A stretch of 64,000 nt of DNA from Centroscyllium fabricii (GCA_051313645.2 JBNRSN020000010.1:73160001-73224000); one strand, 5' to 3'; positions 25,072 through 38,131 are shown, counted from the stretch's first letter. Translations and numbers: made by a program. Notes: a model not told the origin generated them from the letters alone.

Positions 25072-25847
25072 GCAAGATGGCGGCGCGCATAGACGCAGCG
25101 GCTTTGCGTCTCCCGAATTTGTAGTGTCCCTGGTTCCCGCACTGTTCCTGGAGAGGACAGCGGGGTCGGTGGAGTAGAGCACCGGTGCTCCTCAATCGGG
25201 GCACCGGTGTTGACGCACCAAGCCGTCGTGGTCGTCGGAGCGCCGGGGTGCTGAGAGCTGCGAGGCCGTCGAGGGCCGGGAGCTGTGGGGCCGCCGGGCG
25301 CGGAGAGGTGCGAGGCCCGGGAGCTGTGGCGCCGTCGGGCGCCGAGAGCTGCGAGGCCCGGGAGCTGTGGGGCCGTCGGGCGCTGAGAGCTGCGAGGCCC
25401 GGGAGCTGTGGGGCCGTCGGGCGCTGAGAGCTGCGAGGCCCGGGAGCTGTGGGGCCGTCGGGGGCCGGGAGCTGCGAGGCCCGGGAGCTGTGGGGCCGTC
25501 GGGGGCCGGGAGCTGCGAGGCCCGGGAGCTGTGGGGCCGTCGGGCGCTGAGAGCTGCGAGGCCCGGGAGCTGCGAGGCCGTCGGGCGCTGAGAGCTGCGA
25601 GGCCCGGGAGCTGCGAGGCCGTCGAGGGCTGGGAACTGTGGGGCCATCGTGGCCGGAGCGCCAGGGCCTGCGTGGCCGGGCACCGGGCGCATCGTGGCTG
25701 CAGCGCCGGGTGGTCCTGGTGGGATGGAATGGATCAGACTGGGACTAAAGGACATTTTAATAATTTGGGAGATTGCATGTTTGCATTTCGTTGTTTTGTG
25801 TATGTTCACTTTACAATGACAATAAATTGAATCTTATCTTATCTTAT
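25072..25847 (+). mobile_element. Non-autonomous Rex1-type retroposon with internal GC-rich tandem repeat
   Basis: 5' CAAGATGGCGGCG. Internal GAGCTGCGAGGCCCGGGAGCTGTGGGGCCGTCGGGC repeats (25250-25630). 3' GACAATAAATTGAATCTTATCTTATCTTAT tail. Possible TSD ATGTGAGC/ATGAGAGC. Confidence 0.7.
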
Positions 25848-26099
25848 GAGAGCTGTTGCTTGAGTCAAGTAACACAACTTCACTGATATAGTGGGGTGGG
25901 GAGCATGACATGTTATTTCTTTTGTCTCCTTACACAAGATAAGTTGTACTGATTGAACTAAGTGAACCTGATCATAACTGCTGCCCCCATGTTTACCGTA
26001 CTATGAAATAAAGCAGTTAACGATTAGTATTAAGCCTCGCCTCACCTTGCAGCAACTCGCTTTCAGAGCGATTGTAACAGCATTCATGCAAAAGACATT

Positions 26100-26286
26100 G
26101 GGCTAGAAATTAGTCTTGGGCAGTGGTACAAATCAGGCGGTATTGGATCGGCCACCCATTATGCACAGCGCCTGATAATCAGTTCCACTGCAGTCAATGG
26201 AACTGAATATCAGGTGCTGTGTATAATGGGCAGCCGATCAGATACTGCCCATTTTGCGCCACCGCCCGAGATGAGTCTCTAGGCCC
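26100..26286. mobile_element. Short palindromic Harbinger-type MITE
   Basis: GGGCTAGAAATT...CTCTAGGCCC. The whole element is an imperfect inverted repeat centred on CAGTTCCACTGCAGTCAATGGAACTG. Confidence 0.6.
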
Positions 26287-26499
26287 TTACCCAGTCCAGA
26301 TTATATGGGGATGCTATTGTTCCATCCTAGGGTTATGCTACTGTACAAGTAGATATAGGGTAGCATGAGTAAATTGCCATAAAAAAATAAGGTGCTCAAA
26401 CTGCTTACGGGAGTGACGGATGCTAATGAACTCAAGAAGATATCTACAGTAGATACAAATTTGTAACAGCTTTTCATGTAGCATATTGTCAAGTGCCTT

Positions 26500-27110
26500 T
26501 TGGGAGTCTAAATATACCATTTCATTGGGCTTTCCCTAGTTCACTTGGGTTAACACTTCTTCAGAAAGCCAAAGTTGACGGTGATGCAGGATTTTCCCCT
26601 TCTGGATTGATGCTAACTGCTGTTAGATTGATTATTATTGTGGAGATATGTTTGCTCCTGGTGGCTGATTCCATTATTTTACATGGTATAGTAGCGAGAC
26701 TAATGAGTCTGTAGTTGACAGTAACTATTTTGCCACCTTATTTGAATAGGAGCCTTATTTCCAATCTACTAGCATCACCCCAGTGTCCAGTGATTCCATC
26801 ATTCTGATCATAGACACCTCACAAATCTCAGTAGTCGTTCTTGATACTCTGGGATAAATACCATCTAACTCCGACATTTATTGTTTTGAGCTCTTTTAGT
26901 CTAAGATTCATCTGATTTATAATCAAAGTTATTGATTGTGCTTGATTTATGCATTTGGGGAATCCATGTTGTTTATATCTTCTCTTTGAATACTTAGAGG
27001 AAGTAATTACTCAGGATATTAACTACATTGTGTTCAACCCCAGCTGAGCCTATTTGCATCTTTTATAACTCTTTTCTCTTCTGATTGTCCTATTTTTGTA
27101 CTGACTTTTT
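26500..27110 (-). mobile_element. Decayed CR1-like fragment
   Basis: Remnants of YLDxQKA, NYRLISL, IFK.G and DGIYPRV on the minus strand. Confidence 0.55.
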
Positions 27111-27504
27111 TTACTGTCACATTTGGCTCTGGAGCTTTGTTTTTCTCTCTCTCTTGGAAATGTATCATTTTCAGATATGTGCACATTCAAAAACACAGGA
27201 AAGGGAAAGTGTTATTTGCATATTCAAAGTGTAATGATATAGCTATAAAACAATTAAATAGCATTACTTGGAGAGCAATTAGATTATGAGGAAATAAGGC
27301 AGGACGATGTACATATTATTGTAACAAAATGATTCCATACTGCATTAATGCATTTTAACAGTACTAAATGAGTTATCTGAATGAACAGCATCATCATAGA
27401 TGTAAAGCAGGAAGAAACAGCGACAATGAGGGGCAGCGAAAATGAAGAAATTAAAGAGGACATAAAGATAAATGTCCTACACATTGAATCAGCAGAACTT
27501 CGTA

Positions 27505-27985
27505 GCGAGAGGGTTCAAATACAGGAACAAGGATGTCCTGCTGCAGTTGTACAGGGCCTTGGTGAGACCACATCTTGAGTACCACCTTATCTGAGGAAGG
27601 ATGTTCTTGCCATGGAATGAATTCAGCGAAGGTTCACCAGGCTGATACCTGGGATGGCAGGAATGACGTATGAGGAGAGATTGGGTCGATTGGGCTTATA
27701 CTCGCTGGAGTTTAGAAGAATGAGGGGATCTCATTGAAACTTATAAAATTCTAACAGGACTAGACAGACTAGATGCAGGAAGGATGTTCCCGATGGCCAG
27801 GGAGTCCAGAACCAGGGGTCACAGTCTAAGGATAAGGGGTAAGCCATTTAGGACAGAGATGAGGGGGAATTTCTTCACCCAGAGAGTGGTGAACCTGTGG
27901 AATTCTCTACCACAGAAGGCAGTTGAGGCCAATTCATTAAATATATTCAAGAAGGAGTTAGATATATTTCTTAAGACTAGAGGCC
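27505..27985 (+). mobile_element. CR1 LINE 3' fragment
   Basis: LQLYRALVRPHLEY..., MFPMARESRTRGHSLRIRGKPFRTEMRGNFFTQRVVNLWNSLP. Confidence 0.9.
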
Positions 27986-28157
27986 TCCAAGATTATAAAA
28001 GGATATGATAAGCTAAGTAACGATAGATTGTTTTTGGGAACAATGATGAAGCACAAATTAAAGATCATAAAGAATTAATGGGGAAGCTAGAAAAAAAATC
28101 TTTATATAGAGGGTAGTTGGAATAGCAAATTCTCTGTCACAAACTATTGAAGCATAA

Positions 28158-29742
28158 AGCCTGACATCGGTAGTGGGGAAAGTGCTAGAGTCCATTATAA
28201 AAGATGTAATAGCTGAGCACTTGGAAAACAGTAACAAAATCGGACAAATGCAAGAAGTCACACAACACCAGATTATAGTCCAACAGTTTTATTTTAAATC
28301 ACAAGCTTTCGGAGCTTTTGCACCTTGACGAAGGGGCAAAAGCTCCTAAAGCTTGTGATTTAAAATAAAACTGTTGGACTATAATCTGGTGTTGTGTGAC
28401 TTCTTGCATTTGTCCACCCCAGTCCAAAACCGGCACCTCCACATTATAGGATCGGACAAAGTCAACATGGATTTACTAAAGGTAAATCGTGCTTGTCTAC
28501 TGGAGTTTTTTGAGGATGTAACTGGGAAAATAGGTAAGGGAGAACCAGTAGATGTGGTGTATTTGGACTTTCAAAAGGCTTTCGATAAGGTCCCGCATAA
28601 GAGATTAGCGTGTGAAGTTATGCCACATGGGACTGGGGGCAAGATATTGACTTGGATAGAGAACTGGTTGGCGGACAGAAAGCAGAGAATAGGAATTAAC
28701 GGGTCTTTTTCCGAGTGGCAGGCAGTGACTAGTGGGGTACCGCAGGGATCGGTGCTTGGACCCCAGCTATTCACAATATACATTAATGATCTAGATAAGA
28801 GAACTAAATGTAATATCTCCAAGTTTGCAGACGACACAAAGCTGGGTGGGCGTGTGTGCAGAGAGGAGGATACCGAGAAACTCCAGGATGATTTGGACAG
28901 GTTGGGTGATTGGGCAGAAGCGTGGCAGATGCAATATAATGTGGATAAATGCGAGGTTATCCACTTTGGTGTCAAAAACAGAAAGGCAGATTATCTGAAT
29001 GGAAATACATTGGGTGATGGGGAAGTGCAACGAGACGTGGGCGTTCTTGTGTACCAGTCGTTGAAGGTGCAGCAGGCGGTGAAGAAGCCAAATGGTATGT
29101 TGGCCTTCATAGCGAAAGGGTTTGAGTACAGGAACAAGGATGTCCTGCTACAGTTGTACAGGGCCTTGGTGAGACCACACCTTGAGTACTGTGTGCAGTT
29201 TTGGTCACCTTATCGGAGGAAGGATGTTCTTGCCATGGAAGGAATTCAGCGAAGATTCACCAGGCTGATACCTGGGATGGCAGGAATGGCGTATGAGAAG
29301 AGATTGGGTCGATTGGACTCATACTCGCTGGAGTTTAGGAGAATGAGAGGGGATCTCATCGAAACTTATAAAATTCTGACAGGTCTGGACAAACTAGATG
29401 CAGGAAGAATGTTCCCGATGATCGGAGAGTCCAAAACCAGGGGGCACAGTCTAAGGATAAGGGGTAGGCCTTTCAGGACAGAGATGAGGAGGAATTTCTT
29501 CACCCAGAGAGTGGTGAACCTGTGGAATTCTCTACCATAGAATGTAGTTGAGGCCAAGTCATTAAATATATTCAAGAAGGAGTTAGATATAGTTCTTAGA
29601 GCTAAAGGTATCAAGGGATATGGAGAGAAGGCAGGTACGGGATACTGAGTTTGGATGATCAGCCATGATCTCATCGAATGGCGGAGCAGGCTTGAGGGGC
29701 CGAATGGCCTACTCCTGCTCCTATCTTCTATGTATCTATGTA
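28158..29742 (+). mobile_element. CR1 LINE RT plus 3' tail (Penelope-type foldback inserted at ~28250-28447)
   Basis: YLDFQKAFDKVPH, GVPQGSVLGP, KFADDTK, LVRPHLEY, WNSLP and a tail ending CTATCTTCTATGTATCTATG. Confidence 0.95.
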
Positions 29743-30336
29743 AATTCTTTTAAAAGAGAATTAAAGCTGCTTGGAAAAGATTAAAATATATGGAGAGCAA
29801 GCAGGAGATGGGATTGGACTTGGTGGCTCATATGGAGCCAAACACCACTGATGTGAGGGTCAAACGCCCTGCTTCTGTGCTGTAAGATTCTATGGTTCTA
29901 GCCCTCAGATTAGAGGAGGAATGCAGTGAAAATAAAAAGAATGAATATCCACCAATGGATAGGAGTGTGTGGATGCAGGTAAGCCATCACATCACAATAT
30001 GGGCCCTAAGAAAAATATTATACTTTTGTAGCGTGAACTTGAATCTACATCTGGTCCATGTTTTTTTGACATGAGAGTGTCCAAAATTAGAATTACATTC
30101 TCCAGTACAAAAGAATTATTAAATAATGATGTGGTAACTGATCCAGCATTAACAGATACATCATTAAAATATGATGGAGTCAAGTTAGAAATGATAGGCA
30201 AAACACACAAACACTTTTTTGCTGTGAACAAATGCACACTGAATGTATCTTAATATTTTATACTATATACATTGACAACTAAATGTCAGGTATTCCACGT
30301 ATCCAATATACTAAACAGTACTTCTATAATACACAC

Positions 30337-30590
30337 CTGAGAGACACATTTTTAAGAAAATGCAGGAAATAGTGCAGCGTATCTGCAGTTTTCTCAGGTA
30401 GTAAACAGGATAGAAGAATTGTAGCAGAAATCTTCTCATCATTTGGTAGTTGTTGTGCCCTGAAGAAGGCTTCATGCAACTCCACCGGAAGCACAGGCTC
30501 AGGCAGCTCCCTAAAAAACTGTTTCACCAGCCCTGCCACATCACAAGGGGGCGCCATAGTAATACATTTTTCACCTTGGTCCACTTTAGC
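30337..30590 (-). CDS. ARHGAP11A: ARHGAP11A coding exon 4 (RhoGAP domain)
   Basis: ATCCAG acceptor and GTGTGT donor. 254 nt, [35 protein letters not shown]...[12 protein letters not shown](R). Confidence 0.97.
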
Positions 30591-31872
30591 CTGGATAGAC
30601 AAACAAACAATGACAACATTGCACACATGTACTATTACACTGCAGGGAGGGAGGAGAGCAACTGGATGCGAATGACACGACCGCACCCCCCCCCACACAC
30701 AAAAAAACCCCACAATTTCTACGGGTTATGTCTCAAAATATTTTTTCCAAGAACAACCACACTAGTTACTGTAAGGAATTTTAAACAATTAACATTTTTT
30801 TTTAATGCCAATTTTCCCCTTACCTGAAAACATTCAGCAAGAAAACCAAATTCATACCTTATATATTTCACAAAACACCATTTTTTTACTACCAAGACAG
30901 CAGAGTATCAATATAACATTCTGAATTTTGAAAGTGATAAAATGTTAGTTTACCTATCAAGGTATGGGCTTATTCATTTTAAATACACTATATTAACATA
31001 CAAATTAATTTACATGGCATTCAATGAGTGAATACATTGGAGCACGCTGTTCCTTTAAAAGACTTGTGTAACACTGGAACCACCTTCACGCACTTAATAA
31101 AAAGATCTCAATTCTTTGAGAATGTAACAAGGAAATCTGAACACGAAAAAAAATGACAAGTTGCACAGGTTCATAACAGTGAACTAAGAAAGTAAGAAGG
31201 AATGATGCAGAATTAAATATAAGGGATGAAGATCACATTTATAATTGGCAACTTAATATTTCTTTTAACTTCCATATAGCAAATTTACTGAAAATTGGAG
31301 AGGGGAGGGGGTGGGGAAATGATGTTCTATTTCCTGATCCCACTTAGTATACAGTTGGTCCATATATTAGCTCATATATTGGCCATAGGGAAGGTAGAAA
31401 TAAAAGTCTACAGATCAATTTCCTTACCTTTGCCAGCCAATAATGCTATCTAATGCTTTCTACACCCCCTCTTGGCTGGCTTTGTCTACTACTCTCAGGA
31501 GAGAGGCTGCTTTAGCAACCTGTACATGTTCTACTATATCTGCTGAAGTTTCTTACTTGGCTGAGATTTATTTCAAGCCATCCATTCGGTAACCTTGGAG
31601 AGGAACCTTCTCATTCACCAAGTTCATTGCATTGGCAGATGGTATTACTGGCCAAAGTTAACTCCTACTGCTACTTCTGAGACTTGCATTAAATAACATT
31701 GGGATTAAATTTAATTGAGAATGGAATCTCAATCTCAACAAAATGTAGACATATTGCGGCACCACAAGAGTGCCATTTCTTATGCTCCCAAATTGGATGA
31801 AAGAATACACAGCATTCATTTGTATATTGTGAAGTGAGCAAAAATTAGTGTTCTAGAAATAGAAACACTGTA

Positions 31873-32429
31873 CAGGTTGAAGTTCGTTAATCCGGCACCC
31901 GAACAACCGGCAACTTCGAACGTCCGGCATTAATTTGCCCGACAGCCCCGCGCATGTGCAAAATGGCCACCGTGATCGATGCTTCGGCAAATGATCTGCG
32001 CATGCGCAGATCATTCACAATGGCCGAGCCTGGCCACTGCGAGCCTCCCCGAGCCTGGCCGCTGCGAGCTTCCCCGAGCCTGGCCGCTGCGAGCTTCCCC
32101 GAGCCTGGCCGATGCGAGCTTCACGGAGCCTGGCCGCTGCGAGCTTCACGGAGCCTGGCCGCTGCGAGCTTCCCCGAGCCTGGCCGTTGCGAGCTTCCCC
32201 GAGCCTGGCCGCTGCGAACTTCCGAGCCTGGCCGCTGTGAGTCTCCCCGAGCCGGGTCTCCCCGAACGATCAGTGCATGCGCAGACTACTCAAAATGGCC
32301 ACCGGCCTTTCGCGGAATCCATTTTGAATGGTCTGCGCATGCGCTCGCCGTAACTTCAATCGTTCGGGATTTTCACTTGTCTGGTACGGGCCTGGTCCCG
32401 CCCGTGCCAGATTAACGAACTTCAACCTG
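31873..32429. mobile_element. Tigger-like MITE with TA TSD and internal ~25-bp tandem repeat
   Basis: TA|CAGGTTGAAGTTCGTTAATCCGGCAC ... GTGCCAGATTAACGAACTTCAACCTG|TA. GAGCCTGGCCGCTGCGAGCTTCCCC array at ~32026-32255. Confidence 0.9.
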
Positions 32430-32454
32430 TACATGCATTTTAATGCTTCACAAC

Positions 32455-32670
32455 TCAACTTGCATCTATGCAGCACTTTAATGTAGTAAAACATCCCAAG
32501 GCGATTCATCGAACAAAATTTGACACCGAGCCACATAAGGAAATATTCAGATAGGTGACCAACAGTCTGGTCAAAGAGGGAGGTTCTAAGGAGCATCTGA
32601 AAGGAGGAAAGGTAGGTAGAGAGACGGAGAGGGTTAGGGTGGGAATTCCAGAGCTTAGGCAGCTGAAGCA
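32455..32670 (-). mobile_element. L2-type LINE 3' end
   Basis: CAACTTGCATCTATGCAGCACTTT...CATCCCAAGGCG...GGTCAAAGAGG...GGGAATTCCAGAGCTTAGG. Confidence 0.75.
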
Positions 32671-32758
32671 TAGTAAATTGGGGATGCGCAACCCTATCTC
32701 AATATAATTCAGGTGCAAAGTTAACATTAAGCAGATTTTTTATTTTAATATTCATTAC

Positions 32759-32855
32759 CTTTAAAGCTTTAAGGCGAATCACAGATCCTGATTTTCTGAA
32801 GAGTCCCTCTGTGTGAATGTGCTTTTCTAAATAGTCACAGACATCAACTAGAAAC
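32759..32855 (-). CDS. ARHGAP11A: ARHGAP11A coding exon 3 (arginine-finger region)
   Basis: TTCCAG acceptor and GTAATG donor. 97 nt, (Q)[32 protein letters not shown], near-identical to human with the EGLFR catalytic Arg. Confidence 0.97.
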
Positions 32856-33502
32856 CTGGAAAGTCAGATCATGACTGTTTATTACAAAACCATAATTGTT
32901 AGAGTCGCCGCTACATTTGATATCTCTTTAATAATGTAGAATTATATTTTCAAGTTATAAATTTTTCAGTTAACATAAATACAATATATTTAAATGAGCT
33001 TCAACAGGGTGAAAATGCCACAACAGAACAATTTTCACTGGAATGCTCCCATTTCATAAAGAGGCTACAATAAAACGGGTAATCAAATAAACTAGGGAAA
33101 GTTCAAGACTTGATTCTGGCATCGTGCAGTTTATCTGAACACCATTCAAACAGACCAACTGACCAAAGCACCCAACGTGACATTCTGAAACAAAGTCCAT
33201 TGGAATAAAGTAAATAGTTACCTACTAGATCTGTCCAAAAGTATTCTATCTTACTAACCAAACAAAACTGCATTTAAACAAACAGTTCGAATACTTTGTA
33301 AAGCCAAGAAAATGGCCTCCTACTGTGCTATACAAATCTATGATAAAGTCATACAGCCAGTTTATAACATAATTAACCACTCTATTTACAATCAACTATC
33401 CCTTTTCTGTATTTCCGAAATGATGGGCAGTAATTTGTGCCGTGGCGAAAAATACCAGCTTAACTCTCATTTGGCCACTTCCGTTTCTCCAAAAACAATA
33501 TA

Positions 33503-33936
33503 CAGGTCGAACACCATTAATCCGGCAGGATCGGGACCAGCACCCTACCGGATTCTTGAAAACGCCGACTGATTGAAGCCACGGCGGCGCATGCGCACAG
33601 CATTCGAAATGACAGCCGCAAAATTTTGAATGATCTGCGCATGCACCAAACGGCGAGCGCATGCGTAGATCATTCAAAATGGCCACCGCGATGTGTTGAA
33701 TGATCTGCGCATGCACCGCCAAACGGCGAGCGCATGCGCAGATCATTCAAAATGGCTGCCGGAGCTTTTGAATGATCTGCGCATGTGCTCGCCATTTGGC
33801 GGCGCATGCGCAGATCATTCGCCGAAGCATCAATCGCGGTGGCCATTTCGCGGATGCGCAGGGCAGTCGGGGCAATTTATGCCGGACGACTGAAGCTGCC
33901 GGCGTAACGGTTGCCCGATTAACGGTCTTCAACCTG
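33503..33936. mobile_element. Tigger-like MITE with TA TSD
   Basis: TA|CAGGTCGAACACCATTAATC ... GATTAACGGTCTTCAACCTG|TA. Internal palindromes with TGCGCATGCGCA. Confidence 0.9.
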
Positions 33937-34396
33937 TAGAGTCATAGAATATTGCATAAACAGAAATAATCGTGTTAATGTCTAGTCTACTCCTGATAAT
34001 TCAGTCATTTTTGCACTAAAAAGATTTGAATTATCAAAGTGATGTAAATAACAAATTCGGAAATAGGACTATTTTTTTTTGAATTATCAGGTAATTTGAA
34101 TTAAATAACTTTAAATTAAGAATAGGCCAAGGTATAACACATCGGAAAATAGAAAAGCAAAATACTGCGGATGCTGAAAATTTGAAATAAAAACAGAAAA
34201 TGCTGGAAATACTCAGCAGGTCGGGCAGCATCTGTGGGAAACAGAATTAGCTTTGTTCTAAAATACTCGAGCAGTGATCTATTTTGGTTTTCAAACATTT
34301 AAAAAATATAAGCACAAGATCACAAACAAGTAAACATTTCATATTCTCGGCCTTTCAACCATTTAAAAAATCAATTAAACCTATTTTTCTACTTAC

Positions 34397-34485
34397 TGAG
34401 GAATGGTGGCATGTTCAAGGACAGTACATTGTGGCAGAGCATGCAGAGGGGTGCCAAACACGGCATTGTATATTATCTTCTTGTC
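34397..34485 (-). CDS. ARHGAP11A: ARHGAP11A coding exon 2
   Basis: TTTTAG acceptor and GTAAGT donor. 89 nt, DKKIIYNAVFGTPLHALPQCTVLEHATIP(Q) vs human [24 protein letters not shown]. Phases join exons 1 and 3. Confidence 0.9.
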
Positions 34486-34671
34486 CTAAAAGCAAATCAT
34501 AAAGAATGCATGAGTGCACAATTTGCATCAAATTAGACATTACTGATATTAGCAAAATAACCCAAAGAAAGTGGAAGCACATCAATTTTTTAAGAGATAC
34601 AGCCTATCAAATTATACTTCTGGTTAAATTCCAGCAGTATCCCTACACAGACTTGACTAAACCTTACGATG

Positions 34672-34890
34672 CAAAATACTGCAGATGCTGGAAATCCAAA
34701 ATAACAACAGAAAACGCTGGACAGACTCAGCAGGCCAGGCAACATCCGTGGAGAGAGAAATAGGAGTCAACGTTTCGGTTCAAAACCCTTCTACAGTTCT
34801 GTAGAAGGGTTTCGACCCGAAACGGTGACTCCATTTCTCTCTCCACGGATGTTGCCTGGTCTGCTGAGTTTTTCCAGCGTTTTCTGTTGT
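34672..34890. mobile_element. Penelope-type foldback short element (second family)
   Basis: Inverted repeat centred ~34797: CAACAGAAAACGCTGG...CCCTTCTACAG / CTGTAGAAGGG...CCAGCGTTTTCTGTTG. Related pieces at 12735, 18505, 34155, 38897 and 48793. Confidence 0.7.
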
Positions 34891-35674
34891 ACCTTTGACT
34901 AAACCTTAGCTCTGCCGACCTGCGTCTAAACTTTCTGAACTTGCACAAGGGTCCCTTAGAGAAACATAGTGCAACCCCACAGGTAGGTGTAGACTCATCA
35001 GTAGCTTGATTTGAAGACTTAAACATATTTCCCAAAGTTGTATTTTATTCTGGTTAAAAAGTTAAATGAAGGCAGGCTCAAAAACAAGTTTTTCTATTGA
35101 AGTTTGATTACTAACAAACCAACATTCTTTCATGGTAAAACCATTTGATGTGTTAACAATTTAAAAAAATCTACTGAACTATTCAAATACCTTTCTGCAG
35201 TTTGGAAAGCACATTACTCTCAACTGTGTTTTATATTACATACTAAATTAAAAACAAGATGTGCACTAAAAGAGTAAGTGATGCAAAATAATTTCACAAG
35301 ACAGTTTCCCTTATAAAAATGAGAATAAACTGAAGTGTCACCCACTGCACTGAAAAAATTATCAGGCTTTTAAGTTATTACTGTACAAAAATAAAACTGC
35401 AATAAATTGGTACTAACTGACCTTTGGACATACATACCATGCTAATCATAATCATGTTATTGAATTTGCAGTACCACTTCACTTCCTGAAATTAGGCCAT
35501 TCATTTTCAAAGTTTAGCAAGGTCAATCAAAATACTACCACGAGTTTAATACAGTTACAGGGCTGCCTAATTTCCTAAATATGTTAAGTCTTTAAATAGA
35601 TCATTCATTTTCAAATATTAACAATTTAAACAAGTGCCATAAAATCAAAGGATTTTCACCACTTTACTACAGTA

Positions 35675-36098
35675 CAGGTTGAGCACCATTAATCCAGCAG
35701 GGTCAGGACCAGCACCCTACCGGATTCTTGAAAACGCTGACTGATTGAAGCCACCACGGCGCATGTGCACAGCATTCAAAATGGCCACCGCAAAATTTTG
35801 AATGATCTGCGCATGCGCCGCCGAACGCATGCACAGATAATTTAAAATGGCCGCCGAAGTTTTGAATGATCTGCGCATGCACCGCCGAACAACGAGCGCA
35901 TGCGCAGATCATTCAAAATGGCCACCGGAACGTTTGAATGGTCTGTGCATGCGCTCGCTGTTCGGCGGCGCATGCGCAGATCATTCGCCGAAGTATCAAT
36001 CGCACCGGCCATTTTGCACATGCCTGCGCAGGCGGGGCAATTTATGCCGGACTGAAGCTGCCGGCTTAACGGTTACCGGATTAACGGTCTTCAACCTG
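35675..36098. mobile_element. Tigger-like MITE with TA TSD
   Basis: TA|CAGGTTGAGCACCATTAATCC ... GGATTAACGGTCTTCAACCTG|TA. Confidence 0.9.
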
Positions 36099-36220
36099 TA
36101 CAATGTCTCTGGCACCAAATCCTTAACCACAAGCAAAATAAATTGTGCCTCTAAGGCTTGACTGATGGCTCATTTTGCAATCTGACTGCATTGTATGGTA
36201 CTGAGCCATACACAGCTTTT

Positions 36221-36638
36221 AGGGCGACTGCGCCGCGCAAAATGGCCGCTGCGATTGATGCTTTGGTGACTGATCTGCGCATGCGCCGCCAAATGGTGAG
36301 CGCATGCGCATATCATTCACTGGCCCTCCGAGCCCAGCCTCGTCTCTCCGAGCCCCGCCCACCCCACCTCTCCGAGCCCCGCCTCTCCGAGCCCCGCCCA
36401 GCCCCTCCGAGCCCCGCCCAGCCCAACCTCTCCGAGCCCAACCTCGCGGGCCTCTCCGAGCCGATCCCGGGCCTCGCCGAACGACAAGCGCATACCACTC
36501 AAAATGGCCACCAGCCTTTCGTGGTGCCCATTTTGAATGGTCTGCGCATGCGCTCACCGACGCTTCAATCGTTCGGGATTTTCACTTTCCTGGCACGGGC
36601 CTGGTCCCGCCCGTGCCGGATTAACGGTGCTCAAATTG
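36221..36638. mobile_element. Tigger-like MITE, one end missing, with internal CTCTCCGAGCCC repeat
   Basis: Right TIR GGATTAACGGTGCTCAAATTG|TA. Same internal palindromes as sibling copies. Confidence 0.8.
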
Positions 36639-36642
36639 TATA

Positions 36643-36965
36643 GTCACAGTTGTAATGTAGTAACCGCAGCTGCTAGGTCCCAAAACAGCAATGAGATAAA
36701 CTACCACTCAAGATAATGTGGGGCTGAAGGATAATTGTTGGCCAGGGCACTGGGGACAATGCCCATGCTCCTCTTCTGAATAGTGTCATGGGCTCTTTTA
36801 CGTCCATTTGAGAGGCAGACGGGGTTTAACGTCTCATCCGAGAGACTGCAATTCTGACAGTGCAGCAGTCCCTCAACCTAGATTATGTGCACAAAGTCCC
36901 TGGAGTAGGAGGTGAACCCAAAACCTGACTCAGAGGTGAGAGTGCTACCACTGAGCCAAGGCTGA
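36643..36965 (-). mobile_element. Deu-domain SINE
   Basis: AGTCACAGTTGTAATGTAG...AACAGCAATGAGATAA...TTTAACGTCTCATCCG...GAGAGTGCTACCACTGAGCCA. Confidence 0.75.
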
Positions 36966-38131
36966 TGCTCAATGGTCCTTGATGACAACAAAATGAGCAT
37001 TCTTGTATACACCTTAGATGATGATACAGAAGAATGAGTTCCATTTTTATTTTATTTTTTATAAATGGGAAAAATAATCATAACGTGGATTAATTTATAC
37101 AACATAATTGTCTTACAACTAGTTTGCATATGCTGGGCTTTGACATAAACACATCATGGAATTATATTGTCCAAAATATAAATACACAAAGCTGAACCAG
37201 TGCCACCTGAAGAAATTGGGCTCCTTAAATTTGGTAGTTAGCAGAACTGTAGTTATATTGTAAACAACATACCAAATTGCTATTCTGGAACATAATTTAA
37301 TGCATATTCATGTTCTTTCTGTCCCATTAGCCACACTGTTGTAAATTTTGGGAAATGAGCATGCATTGACTTTTACAACCCATTTTTGAGTTCATATACT
37401 GCCACATTATCGATATATGCATCACAACACTACAAACTTTGGGGGTAAAAAATGATGAAGAACATCTCTAATCTGTGACTGAATATGGGCTGCTGGCAGA
37501 GTCTCTCATTTGTTCATTTACTTCATGCTGTGGCCCAAATACCAGCAATATGAGTCGGCATTAAGGTTATGAAGTCAAGTAAAACAACCTAAAACATCAT
37601 CCAATTTGAAAGCAAAATACAGTTGGATCAAATTCCTAAAATATTACACTTTACAAACAAATGAAATCCCTCAGCCTCCTAAATGCAGTTGGTGCTTATC
37701 GGAATTATTTGAACAAACCTGTGACCAACTGAATATATAAATAACCACACATTGAACAAGTATAGAATTGTACAATGCTGGGAGCTCCAGTTAAATTGCT
37801 TAAGTCAATTTGGAAAATATCTGAAAAAAAGCTTACAAATATACAGCATTTAGTCCTATGCGCTGAGCTCACTCCAAACCAAGGTAAACAGTTCTCTGCT
37901 TTACCCCATCCAATATAAACACAATTAACTCATTGTAAAAAAACTTATTCGAAACCATATAAACATTCTATTTATTTAATGCAGACCTCCAGTCCAATGA
38001 TACCCCACAATTCAGTAGGTACATTGTATTTAATGACTTCACGCCGCACCAGCAATATTTCACTGACTTGTCTTCCCCCAGCCAATTTAAACATTGTATT
38101 TTACTGATCCTCCCAGTATGATTTAAACATT

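Noticed and set aside
25185-25830. Long Pro/Ala/Arg-rich ORFs on both strands (also at 31954-32415, 36158-36643, 40532-41226, 45815-46222, 46754-47237)
   Set aside because: Stop-free frames produced by GC-rich tandem repeats inside mobile elements. No splice or homology support.
28374-29540. 388-aa RT ORF as an active LINE
   Set aside because: 5'-truncated, N-terminus derived from an inserted foldback element, and ends at a premature stop.
32026-32255. Regular short repeats resembling a CRISPR array
   Set aside because: Head-to-tail minisatellite without unique spacers in vertebrate DNA, with no cas genes.
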